From positions 85,220-149,219 of the forward strand of contig JAUVXW010000006.1 in assembly GCA_030603385.1 (NCBI GenBank): a stretch of DNA of 64,000 bases, read 5' to 3'. The notes under the pieces were generated by a model. The model made no database searches, was not told the DNA's origin, and saw nothing but the letters and a program-made list of their open reading frames with translations. Position 1 is the first letter of the stretch; the number at the start of each line of letters is the position of its first letter. The translations under genes and the position numbers were made by a program. Below are positions 40,859-51,187 of the stretch, one piece after another. Origin of the DNA: Promethearchaeota archaeon (GTDB lineage Archaea > Asgardarchaeota > Lokiarchaeia > Sigyniarchaeales > SOKP01).

Positions 40859-42991
40859 TTAGAACGTTAAGAGACCTGCTCCATTACCAAAAAGCATTAA
40901 GAATCCAAGAAAGATAGATGCTGTCAAAGACATTACAACTAATAAAGTATTTATACTTGGACCTGCAGTATCCTTAAATGGATCTCCAACTGTATCTCCA
41001 GTAATTGAGGCTTTATGAACTTCAGTACCTTTTCCTCCGAGATTACCATCCTCAATCCACTTCTTCGCGTTATCAAATGAGCCACCACTGTTCGACATAA
41101 AAATAGCAAAGACGAAACCCGATAATATTGCACCAGTTAAGAATGCTGCTAATGCTGCTACACCAAATACAATTCCTACAGCAACCGGTATAGTTATTGA
41201 AATAATACTTGGTATTATCAATTCTCTTAATGATCCCTTCGTCGCTATGTCTATAGTTTTACCAAAATCAGCAGGTTCCTCACCAGTTAATATTTTAGGG
41301 TTAGTTTCAAATTGTCTTCGAATTTCATCAACCATTTTAGCAGCATTTCTCTGTACTGCTAGGATTAATAATGCTGAGAATAATGCAGGTATAACAACTC
41401 CTATAAAAGCACCTATTAATACATTTATATTAAGTAAATCTATAGCTTCTATAGTAAATGGTTTGATATCATTAGCTTCTGTAGTAAAGGAAAAGAGTAA
41501 CGCAAAAACAGTCAAATTTGCTGCTCCTATTGCAAAACCCTTTGTGATTGCTTTAGCAGTATTTCCAGCAGAATCCAATCGATCTGCTGTACGTATTATA
41601 TCATCCCCAAGATCTCCTTGCTCTGCTATAGCTCTTGCATTATCTACAATAGGGCCATAAGCATCATTGGAAACGATAGTCCCTACAATTGCAAGCATTC
41701 CAACAGCAGCCATTGCAATTCCAAATACTCCTCCTAATAAATAAGCAAATACCATTGCAACTACAATTCCAATGGTAGGAGGGGCAACACTTAGTAATCC
41801 ATAAGAAATCCCACTAAGAATTACAACAGCATGTCCTTCTTGTGCTGCTTCTGCTACTTTTCTAGTAGGTTTTTTGTCATCTCTAGTAAAGTAATCACTT
41901 GTAAGACCAAGGATAATACCCGCAAGAAGCCCAATAACGGCGCATATACATAGTTTCCAGAGCATGGTTGCTTCTTCTCCAGTTAATCCAATAACCATTA
42001 CTAGAGTAAGCAAGGCAGCTAATCCCGCGAATAGTATTGTTGCTACATATGTCCCTGTGTTTAAGGCTTTGCCAGGTTCATCAGATCCTTTCCATTTTAT
42101 ATACCAAATACCAAGAAGTGATGCCAATAAACCAACACCACATAAGACAATGGGAAAGATTGTATATACAAATCTCGCATAAGCGTCAAAATCCAAAACA
42201 AGATCTACAAACATAGGTAATGTTGCGGCTAACATCATAGCAGCTATAATTGAAGCAACATAGGAGTCAAAAAGATCACTTCCCATACCGGCAATGTCAC
42301 CAACGTTGTCTCCAACATTATCAGCAATCGTCGCAGGATTTCTTGGATCATCTTCAGGAAGGTTATATTCTGCTTTTCCTACTAAATCAGCGCCAACATC
42401 AGCAGTTTTTGTGAATATACCACCCCCACATTTCATAAATAAAGCTACACTGCTCGCACCAAAACTAAATCCTAATACTATCATAGGATCTGGCACAATC
42501 CAATATAGAATTGAAACTCCGATTAGCGCTACACCTACTACGGCAAGACCCATAACAGCCCCTCCAAAGAAAGCTATGTCGAAACCTTTTTTAGTACTAA
42601 CAGTACATCCTTGAGCTGCTCGAGTATTTGCCTTTACACCAACATACATTCCTAGCCAGCCTGCAAACATAGAACCGACAGCGCCAATTATATAAGCAAG
42701 CATTTGTTCCCAATTTAAAGCATCAGAAAACAATCTTGTATAGGTATCGCTATCATCTAGAGGAGATGGCAGAAATAACATAGCCACCGCGAGCACGACC
42801 ACAAAGATACCTAAGATCTTGTATTGTACCTTAAGATATCTCTTTGCACCTTCTTCAATGTAACCAGCAACTTCTTGCATTCTCTCATTACCAGGGTCTT
42901 CTTTCAAAACTAAGTATCTAAAGTACATTGCCATAGCAATAGAAAGTATCCCTGCTACTAACGCAACAATTAAAATTATTGGTACAGCCAT
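40859..42991 (-). CDS. hppA: Membrane-bound ion-pumping pyrophosphatase, probably a K+-independent H+-PPase
   Basis: GGGIFTKTADVGADLVGK, EDDPRN, DNVGDNVGD and GDTVGDPFKD motifs. GNTAKA has Lys at the Ala/Lys position that determines K+ dependence. Confidence 0.95.
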   Translation of the reverse strand: MAVPIILIVALVAGILSIAMAMYFRYLVLKEDPGNERMQEVAGYIEEGAKRYLKVQYKILGIFVVVLAVAMLFLPSPLDDSDTYTRLFSDALNWEQMLAYIIGAVGSMFAGWLGMYVGVKANTRAAQGCTVSTKKGFDIAFFGGAVMGLAVVGVALIGVSILYWIVPDPMIVLGFSFGASSVALFMKCGGGIFTKTADVGADLVGKAEYNLPEDDPRNPATIADNVGDNVGDIAGMGSDLFDSYVASIIAAMMLAATLPMFVDLVLDFDAYARFVYTIFPIVLCGVGLLASLLGIWYIKWKGSDEPGKALNTGTYVATILFAGLAALLTLVMVIGLTGEEATMLWKLCICAVIGLLAGIILGLTSDYFTRDDKKPTRKVAEAAQEGHAVVILSGISYGLLSVAPPTIGIVVAMVFAYLLGGVFGIAMAAVGMLAIVGTIVSNDAYGPIVDNARAIAEQGDLGDDIIRTADRLDSAGNTAKAITKGFAIGAANLTVFALLFSFTTEANDIKPFTIEAIDLLNINVLIGAFIGVVIPALFSALLILAVQRNAAKMVDEIRRQFETNPKILTGEEPADFGKTIDIATKGSLRELIIPSIISITIPVAVGIVFGVAALAAFLTGAILSGFVFAIFMSNSGGSFDNAKKWIEDGNLGGKGTEVHKASITGDTVGDPFKDTAGPSINTLLVVMSLTASIFLGFLMLFGNGAGLLTF

Positions 42992-43121
42992 AATTTTTCA
43001 CTTAATTAATAATTTTTTTTAGAGTTTTTTTAAATCAAATATACAATAATATCACTCAAAATTTCTTAAATCATTAAAATATTTTGAATTTTAAAGTAAT
43101 ATTTAATTCAATCACAGATTA

Positions 43122-44081
43122 TTGATTAGAAACAGCATAAAAAAGGTGGAATTATTCTTGGTTCTAGAAATTTATCATATAATTATTCTGATTTTTGTAG
43201 GAGCTCTGGTAGGAATAAGTATGAGTTTTGTAGGACAGACTGGTCAAGGAATTGTAGTTCCTCTTATTCTTCTAATAACAGGAGATGTTTTATTAGCAAT
43301 ATCCGTGAATGTTTTAAATGATTTCATTGCTGCCACTTCTGTAGCAATTAATTATGTAAGAAAAAAGCAATATTATCTGAATAAGAATATTATTATTTTA
43401 ATCGTAATCTCCTTAATTTCTTCCTTTTTCGGTGTCCTTATTTTAATGTCTACTCGGTTAAGCACGATTTTCGGGTGGTTCTTACCAGCTTTCATTATTT
43501 TCTTAGGTAGCACCATTCTTTCTAAAGGATTTCCTACATCTGAGACCTTGAAAGAGATGGTTCATAAAATTTCCCAGAGATATTTGAAAAATAAAAGAAA
43601 CAATGTAGATTTAGAAAATCTTGAGGAAGCACCAGTAAATAGATTAAATACTGAAGATGAGCAATTAGAAAGTGTAATTAAACCAAATTCAAAATTATTC
43701 TTTCTATTAGCACTAGTTTTAGGAATGGTAGTAGGACTTAATTCAGGGATGTTTGGTGCGAATTCAGGTTTCATCATAACATTAGTTTTAATTATATTAT
43801 ATGGATACCCTTTAAAGAAAAGTGTAGGAACTGCTTTAATTCTAAGTATTATCATGTGTATTTTTACGTTTAGCGCTTATCAAATACTAGGATACATAGT
43901 GAAAGATCAACTTTATTTTAATTGGGAATTCGTACTCTATCTTGGTATAGGTTCCTTTATTATGGGATTAATTACTTCCAACTTTGTACAAAAAATTTCA
44001 GCAAAAGCAATGGGGCGAGGAATGGGAGCAACTATGATCCTTTTAGGATTAATTTCTTTAGTATTTTATTTTATCAGTTAA
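43122..44081 (+). CDS. TauE/SafE-family membrane transporter
   Basis: Two GxxGxGxx repeats (VGQTGQG, FGANSG), PLKKSVGT and ~8 transmembrane segments. Confidence 0.8.
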   Translation: MIRNSIKKVELFLVLEIYHIIILIFVGALVGISMSFVGQTGQGIVVPLILLITGDVLLAISVNVLNDFIAATSVAINYVRKKQYYLNKNIIILIVISLISSFFGVLILMSTRLSTIFGWFLPAFIIFLGSTILSKGFPTSETLKEMVHKISQRYLKNKRNNVDLENLEEAPVNRLNTEDEQLESVIKPNSKLFFLLALVLGMVVGLNSGMFGANSGFIITLVLIILYGYPLKKSVGTALILSIIMCIFTFSAYQILGYIVKDQLYFNWEFVLYLGIGSFIMGLITSNFVQKISAKAMGRGMGATMILLGLISLVFYFIS

Positions 44082-44298
44082 TTTTAAGCATAAGAATATT
44101 ACCAATTGTTATTAAAAAATGTCTGGCGTGTAGTGTAACATAAAATCAAAATCATTCATTGTACATTTATAATGTATTGATGAAAATGTAAAAAATTATA
44201 AATTCAAGTGAACTAAATGTTTATTAATCATTCAAAGTAATTAATATTAGATAGTTAAGGTCGAAATAGAACAAATTCAATTCTCTAATTGATCCTAA

Positions 44299-47200
44299 AT
44301 GACTTTAGAGGAAAGTGAAGAGTCCTTATTAAAAAGGGCAAGAGAAGAGGAAAGAAAATTCAATTGGATTGAAGCGGCAAAATTATATGATAAAGCTGTT
44401 AACTTTTATTTAGATAAAAATCTTGTTGATAAAGCTGCGGATAATTATAAAAATCTTGGATATACTCACGCACGAGCTGCTGATACAGTAGAAACTGCTG
44501 AGGAATATCTGAAACAAATCAAGTGTGCTATTAAAGCCTATAAAGAAGCAAATAAGCTCTTTAGGCAACTTGGAAATAAATCTGTTGAATTGGAATGTGA
44601 AGCAGAAATCTCTTCTTTAAATGGGTTTCTCGCAACTTCTGATACGGAGGCTCAGAGGGTATATCACCAAACTTATAAGCTTTTTTATGAATCAAGTAAA
44701 ATCTATTCTATGGAGGATGATCAAGAGAGTGTTGCGAGAACACTAACTGGGGCAGCGAATGCTATATATTTACTCACATGCTGTGACATCGATCGAGGAG
44801 AGCAAAAACAGCTTGGTCAACAAGGAAGAGAGTTTGCTAAAAAGGCTTGGAAAATCTCAAGAAAGATTGGAAATATTCAAATTTTTTCCGAATCATTTAA
44901 ATCGGAAATGATGATTAGTTTCATTGAATTATCAATCACAAATTTTAAGGAAAATGAGTATTGGAGGGAATATGCAGAGAATTACCTATTGAAATGTGAA
45001 AAAGGTATGGAGTTTGTTAATAATTGTGATGATAAATATGCTCTCGGACTAGTTTTCGCAGTAGTAGGATGTTTGTATTGCTTTTTTGGATATCAATTCG
45101 TTCAAAATGAAAAAAAACAAGAGGAATATCTTGATAAAGGAATAGGATTATTAGAGAAAGCTTTATTTTTTACCAGAAAAACCAAAAATAAATTAAACAT
45201 AATTGGGTGCCTTTTTTATATAGATTATTTTGCACTTTTTAGTGGTCGAGTTAATTATCTACAAAAAAGAATTCTTAATGACATTAATGACTGTATAGAA
45301 TTTGGGAAGATCTTTATTTCGTCCTATCACCCTTTTCGTACTATGGCAAACGTTTTACCTGCACTCTACTATACTAATTCTTCTCAGAGGAGTTTTTTCA
45401 CTACTGCTCAACGTAAAACCTACGCTGAAAAAGGGATCAAACACGCAATAGAGGCAATGAATGGACCAAGACCTTCCCCTATGATTACTGCATGGTTATA
45501 CCAAGGTTTGATATTAGCTTACTCCCAACTTACTATCCTCGCTGAATCAAAATTAGAACAAGAGAAAAATGCCCAAATAATGCTTCAATACGCAAAACAA
45601 GCTGAAGAATTTGGTTTAAAATACGAAGGAGGGTTTCCTCAAGCGGGTGGCTATACTTCTCTTTATAAGGCTTATAAAACTCTAGCTGACATCGCTAAAA
45701 ATAAGGAAGACAGGATCACACAACTTACAAATGCTATAGACGCCCAAAAAAAATCCATTGAGTATGCTATATTGTCTCGTTCTGGCGCTCTTACGGAGCA
45801 AATGAGACTTGGATTACTATATGAGGAATTAGGTATTACATCCCGAGATAATGCTATTTTAAATCAAGCACGGGAGATTCTCCTCCATACAATTAAGGAA
45901 AGTGCTGATAGAAGATATTATTCTTATGAAGCTGCTAGTTATCAATACATAGCTCGTATAGAGGATCGATTGGGTAACTTTATACATTCAGCAGAAAGTT
46001 ATAAGAAAGCTCAAGAAGCTTATAGTAAATCACTGAAAATGATAAAATATAAACTTTTAAAAAATAGAATTAATGAGAAATTTAATTATATAAAGGCTTG
46101 GAATTTTATTGAGCTAGCTAAATCATTTCATATACGAGAAGATCATATACAAGCTATGGAATATTATAAAAAAGCTTATGATATTTTAACAGAATTACCG
46201 AGTTATAGTTATGAAGCATCTTATTATTCTGGCTGGGTATCACTGGAGGAATCAGAGCAACTGAGTAAGCAAGAAAAGCACGAGGAAGCCATAGAAAGTT
46301 TTCAAAAGACAGGAAAAATCTTTGAAAAAGCTATTAAAATATTAGAAAAATCTCATAAGCGATCAAGAGAAAAATTTGTAAAAGAGAGAATTAATAAATT
46401 TGAAAAAATAGCTCAAGTAAGGGTGAATCACTGTACTGCTAGAGTAAACCTTGAAGAAGCAAGAATTTTAGGAAAACAAGGTGAACATATTGCTGCTGCA
46501 GAAAAATTCGCCATTGCATCTTCTCAATTCAGAGATATATGCATTCTATTTAAAATTAAGCGAGAACGAGAGGAGTTAGAAGCTGTTTATTACCTGTGTA
46601 GAGCATGGGAAAATATGGAACTTGCTGAAAAATATGAAGACCCTTATAGATTTTCCGAAGCAGCGACATTGTTTACAAAAGCTAGCGATCTTTATACTGA
46701 TACAAAATTAAAATTATTGACTTCAGGGAATTCCGCTTTTTGTCAAGCTCTCGAATATGGTTGCAAATTTGATGAATCTATCGAAATGAAGATTAAAACA
46801 GATTTATATCCTAAAGTTAAATTGATGCTTAGTAAAGCGGCTACTTCATATGAGAAAGGAGGTTTTGAAAGTGGGGCTGACTGGGCTCAAGCAACTTCAA
46901 TATATTTTGATGCTGCGTGGCACCTAATTCAAGCTGATCAGGCATCTGATCTTCAAGAAAAAGGAAAACTCTTAGGAATAGGAGCGAGATATTTAAAGTC
47001 TGCGGTGGAATTATTTGGCAAAACAGGTTATAGCGATAAGGAGAAAGAAGTCCAAGATCGATTAAGTAGAGTGGAGAAAGAAGAATCAATTCTTTTTTCC
47101 GCATTAAATACGATACAGGAACCATCGATCTCCCATAGTACCATGGGGGTAGTTGCTCCTTCTTGTCCTCTTGAAAGCAGCCAATCTCCTCGATTAAGTG

Positions 47201-48135
47201 AAGCTCGCCAGTTCAGCGATGAAGAAAGACGAATTGTAATAGAAAGTATGGTTAGAAAAAAGTATGAATTAGTCTATAGAGATTTATTTAAAGAACATCC
47301 TAAAGTTCAAAAGCGAGAATGTAGAGTTGGTATTGCTCAAATAGGAGTATCTGAGGCGGGAAATATCATGAATGAACAATTTGAAACGAATTCTTCTGGT
47401 CTTCTAAATATTAGAGAAAGTGAAGTCGAAAAAATAAGATTAAATGTTAAAAAAATGGTTGAAAAAGCTAATACTGAGAAAGTTAACATCTTACTCTTTC
47501 CTGAAATGTCTGTCGACCTCAATTATGGTGATTTATTTGAAGATGTAGCTGATTTAGCCAAATTATATGGGATGTACATAATACCGGGCTCCTTTCATGA
47601 CCAAGAAACAAAACGAAATATTAGCATGGTTTTTGGACCAGAAGGAATTCTCTGGGAACAGGAAAAACATATCCCCGCAATCATTAGTACTGGAGAAGGA
47701 AATCGTTTTAAAGAAGGAATAGAAGTTAGCAATCTACCAAGGAAAACAATCATTTGCAATACTGAATATGGTAGAATCGCTATTGTTATTTGTCGAGACT
47801 TTCTTGACATGGATTTAAGAGTAGAAATGAAAAATTTTGAACCCCCAATTGACATAATCCTTAATCCCGCTTTTACACCAGTTACAGCGGATTTTAAAGC
47901 GGCCCATTTCGATGCTCGTAGATCGATTTATGCCTATTCATTTTTTGCTAATATTGGGGAGTTTGGAGAATCTCTGATCTACACACCAGAAAAAGACCGG
48001 ACTGAGCGAATTATACCAGCAAAAAAAGAGGACCTTATTTTTAAAGATATCGATTTATTCAAGCTACGTTCTGAGCGTAAAAAATGGGAAAAAGAACAGA
48101 GCAAAGAACGATTATTTATTCAAAGCACTAGATAA
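44299..48135 (+). CDS. Large helical-repeat (TPR/SNAP-like) protein with a C-terminal nitrilase/carbon-nitrogen hydrolase domain
   Basis: About 1000 aa of A/Y/K/E-rich helical repeats, then VGIAQIG, LFPEM, QEKHIP and ICRDF (Glu-Lys-Cys triad). Confidence 0.8.
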   Translation: MTLEESEESLLKRAREEERKFNWIEAAKLYDKAVNFYLDKNLVDKAADNYKNLGYTHARAADTVETAEEYLKQIKCAIKAYKEANKLFRQLGNKSVELECEAEISSLNGFLATSDTEAQRVYHQTYKLFYESSKIYSMEDDQESVARTLTGAANAIYLLTCCDIDRGEQKQLGQQGREFAKKAWKISRKIGNIQIFSESFKSEMMISFIELSITNFKENEYWREYAENYLLKCEKGMEFVNNCDDKYALGLVFAVVGCLYCFFGYQFVQNEKKQEEYLDKGIGLLEKALFFTRKTKNKLNIIGCLFYIDYFALFSGRVNYLQKRILNDINDCIEFGKIFISSYHPFRTMANVLPALYYTNSSQRSFFTTAQRKTYAEKGIKHAIEAMNGPRPSPMITAWLYQGLILAYSQLTILAESKLEQEKNAQIMLQYAKQAEEFGLKYEGGFPQAGGYTSLYKAYKTLADIAKNKEDRITQLTNAIDAQKKSIEYAILSRSGALTEQMRLGLLYEELGITSRDNAILNQAREILLHTIKESADRRYYSYEAASYQYIARIEDRLGNFIHSAESYKKAQEAYSKSLKMIKYKLLKNRINEKFNYIKAWNFIELAKSFHIREDHIQAMEYYKKAYDILTELPSYSYEASYYSGWVSLEESEQLSKQEKHEEAIESFQKTGKIFEKAIKILEKSHKRSREKFVKERINKFEKIAQVRVNHCTARVNLEEARILGKQGEHIAAAEKFAIASSQFRDICILFKIKREREELEAVYYLCRAWENMELAEKYEDPYRFSEAATLFTKASDLYTDTKLKLLTSGNSAFCQALEYGCKFDESIEMKIKTDLYPKVKLMLSKAATSYEKGGFESGADWAQATSIYFDAAWHLIQADQASDLQEKGKLLGIGARYLKSAVELFGKTGYSDKEKEVQDRLSRVEKEESILFSALNTIQEPSISHSTMGVVAPSCPLESSQSPRLSEARQFSDEERRIVIESMVRKKYELVYRDLFKEHPKVQKRECRVGIAQIGVSEAGNIMNEQFETNSSGLLNIRESEVEKIRLNVKKMVEKANTEKVNILLFPEMSVDLNYGDLFEDVADLAKLYGMYIIPGSFHDQETKRNISMVFGPEGILWEQEKHIPAIISTGEGNRFKEGIEVSNLPRKTIICNTEYGRIAIVICRDFLDMDLRVEMKNFEPPIDIILNPAFTPVTADFKAAHFDARRSIYAYSFFANIGEFGESLIYTPEKDRTERIIPAKKEDLIFKDIDLFKLRSERKKWEKEQSKERLFIQSTR

Positions 48136-48280
48136 CTTTTTATATCAACATGAGTAGACTCGAATCCTACTTATTTATATTTAATAATAAGCATATGATT
48201 CATAATTTTAGAAGTAAATAATATTATGTACCAGTTCTTTAATATTTATTAAATCAGTTAAAATTTTCTCAAATTGTAAA

Positions 48281-48688
48281 ATGGCTCCAGAAGACTATAA
48301 GAATTGGTTAAATGAAGCTGAATGGGATTTAGAAACTGCTGAAATTCTAAAGGAGAAAGAGAGGTATAATTCATCAGCATTCTATGCCCAGCAAGCAGTT
48401 GAGAAACTATTAAAGGCGGTGCTAATGTTCAAAAACGAAGCTCCATGGGGGCATTCAGCAAGAGAATTGTTGATAAGATTAAATCAAATTACAGAAATTG
48501 ATCTTTCAAATCTTATACATAATGCTATAGAACTGGATCATCATTATATTCCTTCAAGATATCCAAACGCTCACCCAAATTCAGCACCTCATGAAGTTTA
48601 TGACAATATTATAGCTGAAAACGCGATTAATAATGCAAAATTGATATTTCAAAAAGTTAAAAATATTTTAAAAATAAAAAGTAAATGA
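48281..48688 (+). CDS. HEPN-domain protein (toxin of a HEPN-MNT pair)
   Basis: AEWDLETA, FYAQQAVEKLLKA, GHS and YIPSRYPNAH motifs. Confidence 0.9.
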   Translation: MAPEDYKNWLNEAEWDLETAEILKEKERYNSSAFYAQQAVEKLLKAVLMFKNEAPWGHSARELLIRLNQITEIDLSNLIHNAIELDHHYIPSRYPNAHPNSAPHEVYDNIIAENAINNAKLIFQKVKNILKIKSK

Positions 48689-49092
48689 GTATGAAAAAAG
48701 AAATTGAAAAAGAACTGGAGCATTTTATTTCTAAAATTGAGAACTATTATAACATAAATTGTGTGATATTATTTGGATCTCAAGCTCGTGGTGATTATTT
48801 ACCATATAGTGATATTGATCTAATTATTATCGCTGATTTTAAAGATGAGTTTTTTAAGAGATCCTTAAAACTTATGCTTTTAAACGAAAGTAGATATAAT
48901 TTTGAACTCTTTTGTTATACTGGAGAAGAATTCGAAATGATGTTTGTAAAGGGTAATGCTCTAATTTATGATGCCATATATGAAGGAAAACCTTTAACAG
49001 GTTCCCATTTTTTTAATAAATATAAAAAAAGAATGAATCAAATGATTCAAAAAGGATTAAGTCGATCAAACTGTTCATGGGTATTAATTTAG
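48685..49092 (+). CDS. Minimal nucleotidyltransferase (MNT antitoxin)
   Basis: LFGSQARGDYLPYSDIDL motif; ATGA overlap with the HEPN gene. Confidence 0.92.
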   Translation: MSMKKEIEKELEHFISKIENYYNINCVILFGSQARGDYLPYSDIDLIIIADFKDEFFKRSLKLMLLNESRYNFELFCYTGEEFEMMFVKGNALIYDAIYEGKPLTGSHFFNKYKKRMNQMIQKGLSRSNCSWVLI

Positions 49093-49106
49093 GAGGCGTT
49101 AATTAA

Positions 49107-50051
49107 ATGGACGAATTGAAATGTGAAGTTCTAATCATCGGTGCTGGTCCCGCTGGATTGAGCGCTGGAGTTTATTGTGCTCGAGCAAATAGAGATGTAA
49201 TTATTCTTGATGGAAAAGAATTATCAGCATTGGCACAGACAAAAGAAATACAAAACTGGCCTGGAGAAATAGATATCAAGGGTAAGGAATTATTAAAGAA
49301 ATTTCGAGCTCATACTGAGAGTTATTCAGAAAACATTAGAATTATTAAAGGCGACGTAATCTTACTAATGCTTGGAATGGGTGTAAATAGGACATCAACC
49401 AGAACAGCTAATATTACTTCTGATGTTGTTATTATTGCTACTGGCAGAGGTACACGAAAAGAAATAATAAAAGGCGAGGAAACATTACTTGGTTATGGTG
49501 TGTCTTATGGCGTATTAAGTGAGGGTCCATTATATAAAGATAAAGTTGTATATTTGTATGGTACAGACGATGAAATGTTAGAAGATGCTTTAGCATTACA
49601 GCAAATGGGTTGTATCGTACGTATAATCACAAAAGTTGGAATTGAAAAATTACCTGAAAAGATATATGACGTAAAAGAAGTTGGAATTGAAGTTTTTGAA
49701 AATATGGAAGTAGTTGAAGCAGTTCCAGATTCGGAAGGAGCGATTCAAAAAATTATATGTAAGTCTACTAGGCCTGAATCAGAAGAGATTGAAGAAATAA
49801 AGGAATTTGAATTAAGTTGTTTATTTATTTTATCTCATATATCGTCTAATTCAATTTTCAAAAAAGCGGGAGTAGAATTAGATAATAAGGGAAATATTAA
49901 AGTGAATGAAGAACAAAAAACAACCCTTAAAGGAGTTTATGCTGCTGGGGATTGTACAGGGGGAGTTTTTCAAGTAGTTTTTGCTACAGCAGAAGGTGCA
50001 CGAGCGGGAATAAATGCATGTAAATATCTTCGGCAATTACAGAAGGAATAA
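49107..50051 (+). CDS. Thioredoxin reductase-like flavoprotein lacking the CxxC redox centre
   Basis: GAGPAG, IIATG and GVYAAGD FAD motifs present. GVSYGVLSEG replaces GxSYCxxCDG and the NADPH GGG motif is degenerate. Confidence 0.85.
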   Translation: MDELKCEVLIIGAGPAGLSAGVYCARANRDVIILDGKELSALAQTKEIQNWPGEIDIKGKELLKKFRAHTESYSENIRIIKGDVILLMLGMGVNRTSTRTANITSDVVIIATGRGTRKEIIKGEETLLGYGVSYGVLSEGPLYKDKVVYLYGTDDEMLEDALALQQMGCIVRIITKVGIEKLPEKIYDVKEVGIEVFENMEVVEAVPDSEGAIQKIICKSTRPESEEIEEIKEFELSCLFILSHISSNSIFKKAGVELDNKGNIKVNEEQKTTLKGVYAAGDCTGGVFQVVFATAEGARAGINACKYLRQLQKE

Positions 50052-50147
50052 ATCAACTAAAAACAATATTGAAAAAAAAAATTAAACATTTATTAAGATT
50101 TATTATGTGTATATTTGAAAAAAGCCACAAAATAAAGGAGACTAAAA

Positions 50148-51092
50148 TTGTCTGATAAAGATGGATTTGAATTAGTAATTATTGGTGGTGGACCTGCAGG
50201 ATTAACAGCTGCAATTTATGGCGGAAGAATGGGTTTAAAAACTGCTCTCTATGAGGGTAAAGGTTTTGGAGGTTTAGCTGGGACAGCTCCCAAGATTGAA
50301 AATTATCCAGGATTTACTAGTATCAATGGTCTTGAATTAACAGAAAAAATGAGAGAGCAAGCTGAAAATTGGGGAGCTACTTTTTTTTATAATGAAGTCT
50401 CAGCAATCAATCCAAAGGAAATGAGTATAACTACTTATGAAGGAGACACAAAAACCAAAGCGATTATAATTGCGACTGGTTCAAAACATCTAACACTTGG
50501 ATTGCCTAATGAGTTTGAATTAGTAGGTAATGGAATATCTTACTGTGCTACATGTGATGGCCCTTTATTTCGGGATCAAGAAGTTGCCACGGTTGGTGGT
50601 GGTAATGCCGCGGGTCTAGAAGTAATTTATCTTTCAGGTGTAGCAAGAAAAGTTTATCTTATTCATAGACGTCACTGTATGCGAGCAGAAACATGTATTG
50701 CTAATGAAGTTGAATCATTAGATAATGTTATACCAATGTATAATTGCACTATTGAAGAAGCAATAACAAAGAATAACAAATTGGGAGCATTAAAAATCAA
50801 AAACCTTGAGACTGGCGAAATTTCTAATATAAGTGTAAATGCTCTCTTCATTGCAATAGGAGTTGAGCCACAGAGTGATTTAGCGGAAAAGGTAGGGATA
50901 GAACTTGATGAGGATAATTTTATTAAAGTCAATAAAAACCAAGAAACTAACTTTTCTGGTATATATGCAGCAGGAGATGTAACAGGTGGAATACGACAGG
51001 TAACAACAGCAGTTGGGGAAGCAACAACAGCAGCAATGAATGCATACCTTTATATTAAAAAAGGATGGTATGGAGAGGGAGTGACAAAATAA
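50148..51092 (+). CDS. trxB: Thioredoxin-disulfide reductase
   Basis: GGGPAG, GISYCATCDG, VGGGNAA, IHRR and GIYAAGD motifs. Confidence 0.93.
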   Translation: MSDKDGFELVIIGGGPAGLTAAIYGGRMGLKTALYEGKGFGGLAGTAPKIENYPGFTSINGLELTEKMREQAENWGATFFYNEVSAINPKEMSITTYEGDTKTKAIIIATGSKHLTLGLPNEFELVGNGISYCATCDGPLFRDQEVATVGGGNAAGLEVIYLSGVARKVYLIHRRHCMRAETCIANEVESLDNVIPMYNCTIEEAITKNNKLGALKIKNLETGEISNISVNALFIAIGVEPQSDLAEKVGIELDEDNFIKVNKNQETNFSGIYAAGDVTGGIRQVTTAVGEATTAAMNAYLYIKKGWYGEGVTK

Positions 51093-51141
51093 ATATAATA
51101 AATCCCTCTTTGAAAGATATCATTGTATTGTATGTTACTTA

Positions 51142-51167
51142 GATATTACATTCTATTATGTAATATC
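51142..51167. promoter_or_regulatory. Perfect 10-6-10 inverted repeat upstream of xerA
   Basis: GATATTACAT-tctatt-ATGTAATATC, ending 20 nt before the xerA ATG. Confidence 0.55.
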
Positions 51168-51187
51168 ACGATCATATTGTATTCATT

